64,000 nt of DNA from an uncultured archaeon (GCA_963845175.1 CAWJRI010000015.1:21316-85315); one strand, 5' to 3'. Counted from the first letter of the stretch, positions 47,857 to 57,458 are shown. Numbers and translations: made by a program. The notes: a model not told the origin generated them from the letters alone.

Positions 47857-47888
47857 ATTTAGGTTTAAATATTAGGAATTTATAAATC

Positions 47889-48959
47889 TTATGCCTTGTA
47901 CTTCAGCACAAATAGCTTTTGCTTCCCGCTCATAATCTCTGCCTCTTCAGCTAATTTCAAATCACTTGCCTTCTTCACAATTTCGGGCTTCTTGCACAGC
48001 AGAACAGCAATCCCATTCTTTTTCAGCACATATTTTAGCTGGTAAAACAATTCCTTGTAATTTTTCTCAGCTATTTTCTCTTCCTTGAAGTCAGGCAGAA
48101 CACTGACAATGCAGTCTACGCTCTTCTCCTTTACTTTCACGTCAAGCCAGTCTGTATCAATCCTGCTGAAATTTATTTTTTTGTTGACGCCGGCAATTTT
48201 CGCGTTCTTTTCAGCTGCCTTCAGGTTTGCGCCAATCGTGTCAAAGCAGAAAATCTCGGCTTTTTCATCCAGGTTTGCATTCTTGTCCTCTTTTTCAAAG
48301 TCAAACTTTGCAAATTTAAGAAAAGCGAACTTTTTTTTATTGTAAAAGTTCTGCGAAAGACCGCAGGCAGACAATGCAGCCTCTATGCACACCTCTCCTG
48401 ACTTGCAGAAAGGGTCCAGAAGAACTTTTTTCCTGCCGTAGTCAGCAATTCTGAGAAGCGAATAAGCAATATTTCCTTTAACAGATGCAGGATGCGAGAA
48501 TATCTTGTATTCTCTTTTGCTCAAATCAATTCCTGCGTAATCGATTCCAATATGGCATTTATTATCAAAAATATAAACAAAAACAATCTTTTCAGGGTTT
48601 TCAAGCTCAACTTTAATCTTATTATTTTTCAAAATAACTTCACCAACCTCTTCATCTATCTCCTGACTTGTGAAATCATGGCTTCCTTCCCTCTGGCATC
48701 TCACGACAAATGTTTTCGCATTAATTTTTATGCCTGAATTTTTTAGAATATCCTCTTTTGTCGTGAATTCAAATTCATTCAGAAGCTCAATTACCTTTAT
48801 GAAAGACCTTCCAAGATAGCAAAGCCTGCAAATTTCATTCTCGTTTGCTTCAAAAGAAACAACTGTCTCGCCAATTTTGCATTTTTTGCCAATCAATTCA
48901 TTGATTTCAAGCGCAGAAATACTTTCAAGCCCCTTGTTTGTTATTGCAAGCGCTTTCAT
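47889..48959 (-). CDS. THUMP-domain class I SAM-dependent RNA methyltransferase (Trm14/TrmN-like)
   Basis: N-terminal '[26 protein letters not shown]' THUMP-type start; MTase fold 'LLDPFCKSGEVCIEAALSA'. Confidence 0.55.
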   Translation of the reverse strand: MKALAITNKGLESISALEINELIGKKCKIGETVVSFEANENEICRLCYLGRSFIKVIELLNEFEFTTKEDILKNSGIKINAKTFVVRCQREGSHDFTSQEIDEEVGEVILKNNKIKVELENPEKIVFVYIFDNKCHIGIDYAGIDLSKREYKIFSHPASVKGNIAYSLLRIADYGRKKVLLDPFCKSGEVCIEAALSACGLSQNFYNKKKFAFLKFAKFDFEKEDKNANLDEKAEIFCFDTIGANLKAAEKNAKIAGVNKKINFSRIDTDWLDVKVKEKSVDCIVSVLPDFKEEKIAEKNYKELFYQLKYVLKKNGIAVLLCKKPEIVKKASDLKLAEEAEIMSGKQKLFVLKYKA

Positions 48960-51900
48960 TCTTTTGCAATCTTTGCAGCCGCAGCCAGCCTGTCCCCCTC
49001 TTCAAGCTTCATCAACCTCACACCCTGCGTGTTCCTGCTTATGACAGAAATTTCCTTGACAGGCACCCTTATCATTATTCCCTTTTGGCTTACAAGCATT
49101 ATTTCATCATCATCAGTCACTGTCTTGATTACAACAACATTGCCGTTTCTTTCAGAGCACTGTATGTTTATGACGCCTACTCCGCCCCTTCCAATCAGCC
49201 TGTATTCAGAAACAGCTGTCCTCTTTCCATAGCCGTTTTCCGTGACAGTCAATATCGCCTTGTCATTTTCACCTATGACCATTCCGACAACCTCATCACC
49301 TTCCCTAAGCTTTATGCCCCTTACTCCCATTGCAGACCTTCCGCAGGGCCTTACATCCTCTTCCATAAACCTTGCAGCCATGCCTTTCTTTGTTGCAAGC
49401 ACTATTTGGTTGGTTCCAGAAGTCAGCACAACATCTATCAGCTGATCGCCTTCATCAATCGTGATTCCAATTATTCCGCCTTTTCTTGGATTTGAGTAAA
49501 GCTCAAGGTTTGTTTTTTTGACTGTCCCGTTCTTTGTTGCCATTATCAGGAAATGCTTACCATCAAATTCCTTCACAGGCACAAACGCGCTTACTTTTTC
49601 ATCATCTTTAAGCTGAAGCAGGTTGATTATTGCTTTTCCCCTTGCCTGCCTTGAGGCAACAGGAAGCTCGTGCACCTTCAGCCAGTGCACCCTGCCTTTG
49701 CTTGTGAAAAATAAAATATATGAGTGTGTGTTTGCAATGAAAAGATCTTCAACAAAGTCCTCTTCTTTTGTATCTGCCGCGACAATTCCTCTTCCGCCCC
49801 TGCCCTGGCTCTTGTAGACGTCAAGAGGCATTCGCTTTATGTAGCCCGCATGCGTCACAGTTACAACAACATCTTCCGGCTTTATCAGGTCCTCTGCAGA
49901 CATCTCTTCTTCCTCGCCTTCAAGAATCTCTGTCTTTCTTCTGTCGCCGTATTTCTCCTTCATTTCCTGAAGCTCTTTTTTGATAATCTCCAGTATTTTT
50001 TGCTCAGAAGCGAGAATGTCCTTTAGTTCTTTTATCAGCTTGATAAGCTCCTCATGCTCTTTTCTTATTTTTTCCTGCTCCAAAGAAGCAAGTCTCTGGA
50101 GTTTCATATCAAGAATTGCCTTAGATTGAATTTCTGTAAGAGAATAATCCTTCATAAGCACAGTTGTTGCAGACTGAACATCCCTCGACGCCTTTATTTT
50201 CTTTACAACATTGTCAATGTCTTTCAACGCAATTATCAGCCCTTCAAGGACATGCGCCCTTTCTGCCGCCTTCTTTAATTCAAACTCTGTCCTTCTTCTT
50301 ACAACCTTCTGCCTGTGGATTATGAACTGATAGATTGTTTCCTTCAGGTTCAGCACCTTTGGCTCGTTTTCAACCAAAGAAAGCATGATTATGCCAAATG
50401 TATGCTCCATTTTTGTGTGCGCATGAAGCTGGTTCAGCACAACCTGAGGATTGGAGTCTTTTTTTATTTCAATAACAACCCTTATTCCATCCTTGTCTGA
50501 CTCATCCCTTATGTCAGAGATTCCTGTTATCTTGCCTTCCTTTACAAGCGAAGCCATTTCTTCGATCATTAATGCTTTGTTTACCTGGTATGGTATCTCG
50601 CTGATTATGATTTTCTGCCTTCCCTTTTCCTCAATAATCTCTGACTTCGCCCTCAGTGTTACTTTTCCCCTTCCTGTTGTGTACGCCAGCTTAATTCCTT
50701 CTTTTCCAATAATTGTCGCGCCTGTTGGGAAATCAGGCCCCTTGACGTACTTCAGCATGTCATAAACAGGCATTTCAGGATTTTCAATCAATGCAGTTGT
50801 TGCATCAATTATCTCTGCCATGTTGTGCGGCGGTATGTTTGTCGCCATTCCAACTGCAATTCCAGAACTGCCATTAATCAATAAATTTGGGATTTTTGAA
50901 GGTAGAACTACTGGCTCCTTTAATGAGCCGTCAAAGTTTGGAGTGAAATCAACTGTTTCCTTGTCAATGTCAGCGAGCATTTCTTCTGCAATTTTGCTTA
51001 ACTTTGCTTCCGTGTACCTCATTGCCGCAGGGCTGTCTCCGTCAATTGAGTTGTGTACAAAAATTCCTGCACCAAGAGCAAAGTTATGTGTATTATTGAT
51101 TGTTAAATCATATACATCTTCTTTTTTACTTAAGAAAACGATTGCTTTAACCTTGTGATTTAGCTTAATAATTTCTATTCCCAATGTTTCATATAATTTA
51201 TCTAAATTTCCATTGAAAAATTTATTCAAACCAGTACTAAACTTAATAATCCCGGCTCCTCTTCTTGAATTATATATCTTTCTAACTTTTTCATAATTCT
51301 CATCGTTAAGGTTGTCACGTGATTCAATTACTTTCTTGCATACTTTTAAGAAGCGATAATAATTTGCATTTTTTCCATTTTCAGAAAGAATTTTTAAAAA
51401 ATATTTTTTGAATTCAGGGTCTGTTTTCCATTTTTGTTTGTATGCATCAGTTATTTTTTCTTTGTAACCTGCTTGCTTCCAATTCTGTTTGAATATCTCG
51501 GAAATATATTTTTTATGATTAGGATTAGCCCAAATTTTAATAGATATTTTCCTCATTCGCTCAGATTGATTTTCGCGGTATTCTGGATTTTTCCATTTTT
51601 CTTTAAGAGACTCTGATTTCATTTTCCTGTAGTCTGGGTCGTTCCAGAGTCTTTTGAAAGTTTTTGTAGCTCTTCTGCTAAATTCTTCCCTTTTTTCAGG
51701 ATGTTTTCTTAGATACTCTTTGTTAACAACACTCAATGTTTTTATCATTCTTTGCCGGTAATTCTTATCTTGCCAGTTCTCCTTATTTCTTTTAGAAAGC
51801 CTTTCCGAACATTTTTTTCGGTTTGTTTGTTCTGACCAGAATTTTTTTCTTCCTTTTGCCAAGTTTTCGACAAAAATAGGGTCATTTAAGTGCCTCTCTT

Positions 51901-52798
51901 TTATGAAATCAGAATGAAGCTTCCAATGATCTTTCCAGTTAATTCTTATAATGTTTGCAGGGTCATTATTTTTTTTGTTAAAATCTTTGTGATGCCTAAC
52001 TCTGCCCGCATTTGTTGTATAAACTCCTCTTTTAAGATTAAATTCATCTGCAAGACGATGAATTAGCTCCCAATTACCAGTGACCGGCTGGTAGACTAGT
52101 TCATAGCCAGAAAGTTCTAGTTTGAAATTGTCTTCTGGAATGGCTGCTCTTGTATAAAGCGGCATTAGCGAATCCCCAATTTTGAGATCCTTTGCCTCTT
52201 TATACTCGCCATCCCTAAGCATGAATTTGTGATTTAATGTGCATTTAATCTCCTCATTATTGTCCAACATAACTTTCATTATTTTTTCATTTCTTTTTGT
52301 TAAGCGAGGATGTTTTATCTCTGTAATTTCTATTTTTCCAGAAGCATTAATTGTGAACGTAAAATTGATTTTACCTGCATTATGCTCATTTATTAATTCC
52401 TCGAAGCTAAGTTTTCTCCCATCTGTCAGCATAACTTTTGTATCTTTTGTGAAACAACCGAAATTACCCTGTCCGTGTATCAATTGGTATCTCATTGAAA
52501 AATCCTGCGCCATCCTTACAAGCGAGTCATAAACAGCCATATCACCGTGAGGATGATACTTACCAAGCACGTCTCCCACAATCCTCGCGCATTTCCTGAA
52601 CGGCTTGTTATGGAGCAGTCCGAGCTCCTGCATTGAGAATAAAATTCTCCTGTGGACAGGTTTCAGCCCGTCCCTTGCGTCTGGCAGAGCCCTTCCAACA
52701 ATAACTGACATGGCATAATCTATGTAGGACTTTTTCATCTCCTCTTCAATCAAGCGAGGAATGATTTTTTCAGGGCTTTTCTCAGTTGGTTCTGGCAT
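48956..52798 (-). CDS. gyrA: DNA gyrase subunit A interrupted by an in-frame 469-aa intein
   Basis: N-extein '[12 protein letters not shown]...GQGNFG' | intein '[13 protein letters not shown]...FVHN' | C-extein '[17 protein letters not shown]...' with GyrA C-terminal beta-pinwheel repeats; 1280 aa total. Confidence 0.85.
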   Translation of the reverse strand: MPEPTEKSPEKIIPRLIEEEMKKSYIDYAMSVIVGRALPDARDGLKPVHRRILFSMQELGLLHNKPFRKCARIVGDVLGKYHPHGDMAVYDSLVRMAQDFSMRYQLIHGQGNFGCFTKDTKVMLTDGRKLSFEELINEHNAGKINFTFTINASGKIEITEIKHPRLTKRNEKIMKVMLDNNEEIKCTLNHKFMLRDGEYKEAKDLKIGDSLMPLYTRAAIPEDNFKLELSGYELVYQPVTGNWELIHRLADEFNLKRGVYTTNAGRVRHHKDFNKKNNDPANIIRINWKDHWKLHSDFIKERHLNDPIFVENLAKGRKKFWSEQTNRKKCSERLSKRNKENWQDKNYRQRMIKTLSVVNKEYLRKHPEKREEFSRRATKTFKRLWNDPDYRKMKSESLKEKWKNPEYRENQSERMRKISIKIWANPNHKKYISEIFKQNWKQAGYKEKITDAYKQKWKTDPEFKKYFLKILSENGKNANYYRFLKVCKKVIESRDNLNDENYEKVRKIYNSRRGAGIIKFSTGLNKFFNGNLDKLYETLGIEIIKLNHKVKAIVFLSKKEDVYDLTINNTHNFALGAGIFVHNSIDGDSPAAMRYTEAKLSKIAEEMLADIDKETVDFTPNFDGSLKEPVVLPSKIPNLLINGSSGIAVGMATNIPPHNMAEIIDATTALIENPEMPVYDMLKYVKGPDFPTGATIIGKEGIKLAYTTGRGKVTLRAKSEIIEEKGRQKIIISEIPYQVNKALMIEEMASLVKEGKITGISDIRDESDKDGIRVVIEIKKDSNPQVVLNQLHAHTKMEHTFGIIMLSLVENEPKVLNLKETIYQFIIHRQKVVRRRTEFELKKAAERAHVLEGLIIALKDIDNVVKKIKASRDVQSATTVLMKDYSLTEIQSKAILDMKLQRLASLEQEKIRKEHEELIKLIKELKDILASEQKILEIIKKELQEMKEKYGDRRKTEILEGEEEEMSAEDLIKPEDVVVTVTHAGYIKRMPLDVYKSQGRGGRGIVAADTKEEDFVEDLFIANTHSYILFFTSKGRVHWLKVHELPVASRQARGKAIINLLQLKDDEKVSAFVPVKEFDGKHFLIMATKNGTVKKTNLELYSNPRKGGIIGITIDEGDQLIDVVLTSGTNQIVLATKKGMAARFMEEDVRPCGRSAMGVRGIKLREGDEVVGMVIGENDKAILTVTENGYGKRTAVSEYRLIGRGGVGVINIQCSERNGNVVVIKTVTDDDEIMLVSQKGIMIRVPVKEISVISRNTQGVRLMKLEEGDRLAAAAKIAKE
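51050..52456 (-). mobile_element. GyrA intein (Hint domain plus HNH-type homing endonuclease plus basic tandem-repeat DNA-binding array)
   Basis: Starts Cys, block B 'TLNH', ends '[22 protein letters not shown]' followed by Ser+1; internal '[30 protein letters not shown]' HNH-like; coordinates computed from residue 115-583 of the ORF. Confidence 0.75.
51377..51853 (-). repeat. In-frame tandem protein repeats (about 6-7 copies, 17-21 aa) inside the intein
   Basis: '[18 protein letters not shown] / [21 protein letters not shown] / [17 protein letters not shown] / [17 protein letters not shown] / [17 protein letters not shown]' plus two degenerate upstream units. Confidence 0.5.
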
Positions 52799-52941
52799 TT
52801 TCTTTCGTCGAGAAAATCTAGATTACTAGAAGTAGTTTTTATTTATAAATCTTTTGTTTTTAAAATGCATTTATAGGCGCCATAACACCTTAATTCAGGG
52901 GTTTTAGGGGTTTAGGTTGATTATTATTTAGAATATTGAAA

Positions 52942-53076
52942 TTATTTAATAATCCTTCCTCTAACTGAAAACGATTTTCCGCAGTAAACGCATCTCTTCC
53001 TCTTGCCTTCAAGGCTTCCAGAAGTGGCATATTTCATCTTATTCCCGCACTTCGGGCATCTGAGAACTAAAATCAT
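52942..53076 (-). CDS. Unannotated 44-aa C4 zinc-ribbon protein (possibly RNAP subunit P/Rpo12-like)
   Basis: Translates MILVLRCPKCGNKMKYATSGSLEGKRKRCVYCGKSFSVRGRIIK; CxxC-x17-CxxC; start overlaps ScpB stop by 1 nt (TAATG). Confidence 0.4.
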   Translation of the reverse strand: MILVLRCPKCGNKMKYATSGSLEGKRKRCVYCGKSFSVRGRIIK

Positions 53077-53837
53077 TATTTTTCCTCTTCTTCGCTCTCT
53101 TCTTTTTCAGCAGGCACTTCTTCACTTTCCTCTTCTGCTGGCTCTTCTGTTTCTTCTTCGCCCTCTTCCTTCACTTCTATCTTTTCCTTTTTGACTTCTT
53201 CCTGCGGAACATCAACAACTTCAAGCTCTGGCAGCTTCTCCTTTGGCTTCTGGACATCAATTATATCCATTTTTCCAAGCTTGTGAGGGGTTATCTCCGG
53301 CTCATCAACAACTTCAAGCTCGTTCAGCTTCTCATCCTTTAATGTTCCCTCAACATCCTTGAACACTTTCTTGATATCATCATGCCCCGGCAGTTCAAAG
53401 TATTCCCTGAACTTTGTGCTCACCTTCAGCTGATAGCTTCTTCCTTTCTTTTCTTTTGTGATAAATCCAAGTTCCTCAAGCTCTTTTATGTGATCATAGG
53501 CCTTGTTTGTCCTTATTTTTATGACATCAGCCTGCAGAACAGGATGTTTCCATGCAATAACCGCCAATGTCTCAAGAATTGTCTTGCTAAGTTCTGTCTC
53601 AGGCAGGAGCTTCTGAACAGTTGACAGATACTTTTCCCTCACAGTCAGCTTCCAGCCGTCTGTCTCCTCGGTAAGCAGCAATGCAGACTCGCTTCCCTCT
53701 AAATCCTCCTTCAGCTCTTTTAATGCAGCCTTTATCTCAGAAATCTGGACATTGCATATTCTAGCCAAATCCTCATAAGTCACCTTTTTTCCAGAAGCAA
53801 ATAATATCGCCTCAATCTGATTTTTTAGCTCACTCAT
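53076..53837 (-). CDS. scpB: Segregation and condensation protein B (ScpB) with acidic C-terminal tail
   Basis: 'IEAILFASGKKVTYEDLARI' and second wHTH; Glu-rich tail. Confidence 0.7.
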   Translation of the reverse strand: MSELKNQIEAILFASGKKVTYEDLARICNVQISEIKAALKELKEDLEGSESALLLTEETDGWKLTVREKYLSTVQKLLPETELSKTILETLAVIAWKHPVLQADVIKIRTNKAYDHIKELEELGFITKEKKGRSYQLKVSTKFREYFELPGHDDIKKVFKDVEGTLKDEKLNELEVVDEPEITPHKLGKMDIIDVQKPKEKLPELEVVDVPQEEVKKEKIEVKEEGEEETEEPAEEESEEVPAEKEESEEEEK

Positions 53838-53838
53838 T

Positions 53839-54525
53839 TTAAAACTTGTACACCAAAACGTACTTATCCCCTTTTTTCTTTATATATTTTTGTTTTATCA
53901 GATCTTCCAAAAAGTTTTTTGTACTCTCCTCAGGAATACCTATTTTCTTTGATAATTCCTTTAAATTTTTGTCGCCTGTCTTCAAAACAAGCAGGATATT
54001 GTTTCTTAATATTGCGTTTGCATTTTTTGTAAGAAGCATGTTTTCCGCACGTGTGTTTTTGACAATCATGTCAAGCTTGTGAAGCTTTGCCTGCAGGTCA
54101 TTCAGTAAATTTGCAATCTCCCTTGCCTTAAATTTCAATTCCTCAGGTTCGATTATCTCAATTGAGGATGGCATGTAGTCAAAGCAGAATTCAATTATTT
54201 TTGAAGTGCTCTTGAAAACAAGTTCAAGCTCTGCGAACGCCCCAAAAAACTTGTCTTTTGGCTCCACATCCGAAACAAACTCATCCACAACCTTGAAGTC
54301 CTTGCTTTTTCTTATTGTATCCAAATATTCTTTAAGCGTCTTTTCAACATGCTCTTTTGGAGAGCCAAGAATCTCGATTATGGTCTTGCATCTGATTTTT
54401 GGGCCTTCATCTTCTTCAACAGGTTTGGACTTAATCTTCTCTTTTTTATCCCCAAACAGCTTTTCAAAAACCATATGCTGCTCTAGAAAACTGAGCTTTA
54501 AATAGTTTTCGCTAACGCTTCCCAT
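53839..54525 (-). CDS. Putative ScpA-like kleisin / wHTH protein
   Basis: 228 aa immediately upstream of scpB with 1-nt spacing; C-terminal winged helix; N-terminal kleisin motif not clearly recognisable. Confidence 0.35.
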   Translation of the reverse strand: MGSVSENYLKLSFLEQHMVFEKLFGDKKEKIKSKPVEEDEGPKIRCKTIIEILGSPKEHVEKTLKEYLDTIRKSKDFKVVDEFVSDVEPKDKFFGAFAELELVFKSTSKIIEFCFDYMPSSIEIIEPEELKFKAREIANLLNDLQAKLHKLDMIVKNTRAENMLLTKNANAILRNNILLVLKTGDKNLKELSKKIGIPEESTKNFLEDLIKQKYIKKKGDKYVLVYKF

Positions 54526-54588
54526 ATCAGTACAGGGATTATAGCCACCAAAATACCAATTATAAATTATTTTACCGTGTTTTTGGCA

Positions 54589-55587
54589 TTAATACCAAAC
54601 CCCCGGAATAGAATGACTGCACTTCGGGCATTTGCCCCTTCTGATGTTGTTTATTACAATGCCAAAGCCAGACCTTGCAACCAAAAGCTTCTTGCACTTC
54701 GGGCAATAGGTGTTCTCGCCTTTTTCAGTCAGGACATTTCCAACATAAACAAAATCCAAATATTTGTCAGCTATCTTCTTTGCCTTTTCCAGAGTTTCAA
54801 GCGGCGTGGCAGGAAGATTATTCAGCTGGTATGAAGGAAAGAATCTTGAGAAATGAAGCGGAGTGTCCCTGCCTAAATTATCCCGCAACCAGGCGCACAT
54901 GTCTTCAATTTTGTCAAAGTCGTCATTCAGCGTTGGAATTACCAAGTTTGTAACTTCAATCCAGACACCAGCTTCTTTGTAACTCTTCAGGCTGTTCAGC
55001 ACAGGCTTTAATGTTGCAAGACAGATCTTTTTGTAAAATTCCTCTGTAAATCCCTTCAGGTCGATATTCGCAGCATCTATTAAATGAGCAATCTCTCTTA
55101 GCGGCTTTTCCTGAATGTAGCCATTTGTTACCATTATGTTATTCAGTTCTTTTTTATGCGCAAGCTTTGAAACAGCCTCAACATACTCAAAAAATATTGT
55201 TGGCTCATTGTATGTATATGCAATTGAACTGCATTTCCTCTTGACAGCCTCTTCAACAACATTTTTTGCACTTACTTTTTCAACTTCAAAGTAAGCTGAC
55301 CTTGCCATTTCAAAATTCTGGCAGAACTTGCAGCCAAGATTGCAGCCGACTGTGCCGAACGATAGCACATCCGTTCCAGGCAGGAAATGAAACAGCGGCT
55401 TTTTTTCAACAGGGTCAACAGCCAATGACAATGGCTGCTCATAGGCAAGGCTGTAGAGTTTTCCGCCAATGTTCTTCCTGACTGCGCAAAACCCTGTTTT
55501 TTCAGGCAGAATAACGCACTCTTTTGGGCATAACGCACACTGAACATTTTCCTTGCCAAGGCTTTTCCAGAACTTTGCAACCTTCAT
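54589..55587 (-). CDS. AmmeMemoRadiSam-system radical SAM enzyme
   Basis: 'VQCALCPKECVILPEKTGFCAVRKN' N-terminal Cys cluster plus 'GCNLGCKFCQN' CxxxCxxC; C-terminal CxxC-x17-CxxC zinc ribbon. Confidence 0.7.
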   Translation of the reverse strand: MKVAKFWKSLGKENVQCALCPKECVILPEKTGFCAVRKNIGGKLYSLAYEQPLSLAVDPVEKKPLFHFLPGTDVLSFGTVGCNLGCKFCQNFEMARSAYFEVEKVSAKNVVEEAVKRKCSSIAYTYNEPTIFFEYVEAVSKLAHKKELNNIMVTNGYIQEKPLREIAHLIDAANIDLKGFTEEFYKKICLATLKPVLNSLKSYKEAGVWIEVTNLVIPTLNDDFDKIEDMCAWLRDNLGRDTPLHFSRFFPSYQLNNLPATPLETLEKAKKIADKYLDFVYVGNVLTEKGENTYCPKCKKLLVARSGFGIVINNIRRGKCPKCSHSIPGVWY

Positions 55588-55692
55588 GGTATCCTCTTGT
55601 CCTAACTACTATTTTTAGATTTGTTGTTATTCTGCAATACTAATAAAAATTTTAATACTGATTATAAATATCATTATTAGAAGGGGGTATAA

Positions 55693-56166
55693 ATGGGTTT
55701 TTTTGGAAAGAAAAAAGAGGCGAAACCAGTTACTATTCCAGAGGCTCCTGAATTAGCTTTTCCTGAAATACCGGAAATTGAAGCTCAGGAAAATCCTTCA
55801 GAGGAAGCGCCAGGGATTTCTGAAAAAGAATTTTCATTGCCAGAACTGCCTGAGATTCCAGAAGCGCCAGGGATAATACCTGACATAGAAGAGTTGGGAG
55901 GGGAAAAACTGCAAGAACTTCCAGGACTTTCTGTTTCTATTACAAAATCAAGAAAGCCATTATTCGTGAACATAGACGATTACAGGGAACTGATATCACA
56001 GCTAAGCAACGCAAAATCACTTCTCGCAGAAAATGCCGGATTTGCAGCAAGGGTTAACAATCTCAAGGTTTCAAGGGATGAAGCCTATGAAAAATTCAGA
56101 GGCGCTCTGGAGACAATCGAAAGAAAGCTTCTGTATATGGATAAAATAATTTTTGAAGGAGGTTAA
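55693..56166 (+). CDS. Hypothetical protein with Pro/Glu-rich repeats and C-terminal coiled-coil domain (paralog family member 1)
   Basis: 'PEAPELAFPEIPEIE...LPELPEIPEAPGIIPDIEEL' then 'PLFVNIDDYRELISQL...'. Confidence 0.35.
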   Translation: MGFFGKKKEAKPVTIPEAPELAFPEIPEIEAQENPSEEAPGISEKEFSLPELPEIPEAPGIIPDIEELGGEKLQELPGLSVSITKSRKPLFVNIDDYRELISQLSNAKSLLAENAGFAARVNNLKVSRDEAYEKFRGALETIERKLLYMDKIIFEGG

Positions 56167-56168
56167 AA

Positions 56169-56384
56169 ATGGGAGCACCTGTTTTCGTAAAAATAGAGGA
56201 GTACAAAGACACTTTGGATATTATAACACTGCTGAAAAATAAAATTAGGGAAGGAAAGGAAATAATAGAGAAGATGAACAAAATGAAGGAAGAAGAGGAC
56301 AATGAATTGTTAGCCTGGTCCGCTGAGCTCGACGATATAGCCGGCAAAATAGATTTGATAGACAAGTCTTTACCAAAGGTATAA
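56169..56384 (+). CDS. Small coiled-coil protein (paralog family member 2)
   Basis: 'PVFVKIEEYKDTLDIITLL' aligns with member 1 C-domain. Confidence 0.3.
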   Translation: MGAPVFVKIEEYKDTLDIITLLKNKIREGKEIIEKMNKMKEEEDNELLAWSAELDDIAGKIDLIDKSLPKV

Positions 56385-56385
56385 T

Positions 56386-56601
56386 ATGACTGATGATTTT
56401 TATGTAAACATAGAGAATCCGGTTGAGTTAAGGAGAAAACTGTTGGAAACTTCAAAAGGTGTTATTCTTGCGCTGCAGAAATTTGAGAAATTCAAGATTG
56501 AAAGAACCAAGAAAATGGATAGCTATGAAATGCTAAGAAGAAATATTAAGGAAATAAACGAACTGGTCATTAGAATGAAAAAAGAGCTTCCCATGCAATA
56601 A
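56386..56601 (+). CDS. Small coiled-coil protein (paralog family member 3; may extend to about 56750 via a homopolymer frameshift)
   Basis: 'FYVNIENPVELRRKLL'; a +1 shift in the A6 run at 56578-56583 joins it to a downstream ORF in the Z frame ending 'DKLEKELSEIESKLKALQ'. Confidence 0.3.
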   Translation: MTDDFYVNIENPVELRRKLLETSKGVILALQKFEKFKIERTKKMDSYEMLRRNIKEINELVIRMKKELPMQ

Positions 56602-56837
56602 AGCTTCCAAAAATCGAAGAGCCAAGAAGGATTGCTGTAAAAGCGCCGAAAACAGCAAGGGTTGCGCCAGTTATGAGCAGGATGGGCGCAGCTGACAAGC
56701 TTGAGAAGGAGCTATCTGAAATTGAGTCAAAACTAAAGGCGTTGCAGTAAGGTTTAAATACATTCTGAATTCTTTATTTATGCACGCAAACTATTTGCGG
56801 GCAGCGCAAACTGCGGTTTGCTGGTCCGCAATAAATT

Positions 56838-56972
56838 GCGGGGGTGCCGGAGTGGCCAAACGGGATAGACTCAAGGCACGTTGGAGCGGAGTGCTCGCAT
56901 GAGTGCGATGATGAACAGTGTAAGTCATCTATTGGCTTAGTGCCTACGCAGGTTCGAATCCTGCTCCCCGCA
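56838..56972 (+). tRNA. tRNA-Leu (anticodon CAA) with a 51-nt intron at canonical position 37/38
   Basis: Acceptor GCGGGGG/UCCCCGC, D-arm identical in design to tRNA-Leu(GAG), anticodon stem AUAGA...UCUAU interrupted after CUCAAG by 'GCACGUUGG...UAAGUC', long variable arm, T-arm GCAGG-UUCGAAU-CCUGC, A73. Confidence 0.7.
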
Positions 56973-57059
56973 TCATATTTCTTTAAAACAGCAACCTTTA
57001 TATATGAGAAGCCTTCATTTCCAGTTTAAATGGCTTTAAAAAGCCAAGGGGGATATACA

Positions 57060-57285
57060 ATGGAATCAAGACCTTTGGATGCATTAAACAAGTCAAGGGG
57101 AAAAAGAGTAATAGTTGAGCTAAAGAACAACAAGCAGTACATTGGCACTTTGCAGGCATTTGACATACACATAAATGTTGTGCTTGACGATGCAGAGGAA
57201 AGGGCAAATGGGGAGCTTGTAACGAAAGATAGGGACAGTCTTTGTAAGAGGAGACACAATAACAGTGCTATTCCCAGCAGCATAA
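57060..57285 (+). CDS. Sm-like archaeal protein (SmAP), with an apparent +1 frameshift in an A3 run at 57225-57227
   Basis: 'RPLDALNKSRGKRVIVELKNNKQYIGTLQAFDIHINVVLDDAEE' Sm1; Sm2 'IGTVFVRGDTITVLFPAA*' is in the +1 frame; listed ORF 57030..57290 ends in nonsense tail. Confidence 0.65.
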
Positions 57286-57286
57286 A

Positions 57287-57457
57287 ATGACAAAAGGAAC
57301 GCCATCAAAAGGTAAGATGTCTTCAGGAAAGACACACATCTATTGCAGAAGATGCGGAAGGAGATCTTACCACGTTTCCAGAAATATATGTGCAAGCTGC
57401 GGCTACGGAAAGACAGCAAAACTGAGAAAATACAGCTGGCAGAAAAAGAGAAAATAA
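57287..57457 (+). CDS. rpl37e: 50S ribosomal protein L37e (eL37), unannotated 56-aa ORF
   Basis: MTKGTPSKGKMSSGKTHIYCRRCGRRSYHVSRNICASCGYGKTAKLRKYSWQKKRK; C4 zinc ribbon 'CRRCGRRSYH...CASCGY'. Confidence 0.8.
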   Translation: MTKGTPSKGKMSSGKTHIYCRRCGRRSYHVSRNICASCGYGKTAKLRKYSWQKKRK

Positions 57458-57458
57458 A

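Noticed and set aside
56888-56932. Possible C/D box sRNA inside the tRNA-Leu(CAA) intron
   Set aside because: A box-C-like UGAUGA is present but no downstream CUGA (box D) or D'/C' pair. Not enough to call an sRNA.
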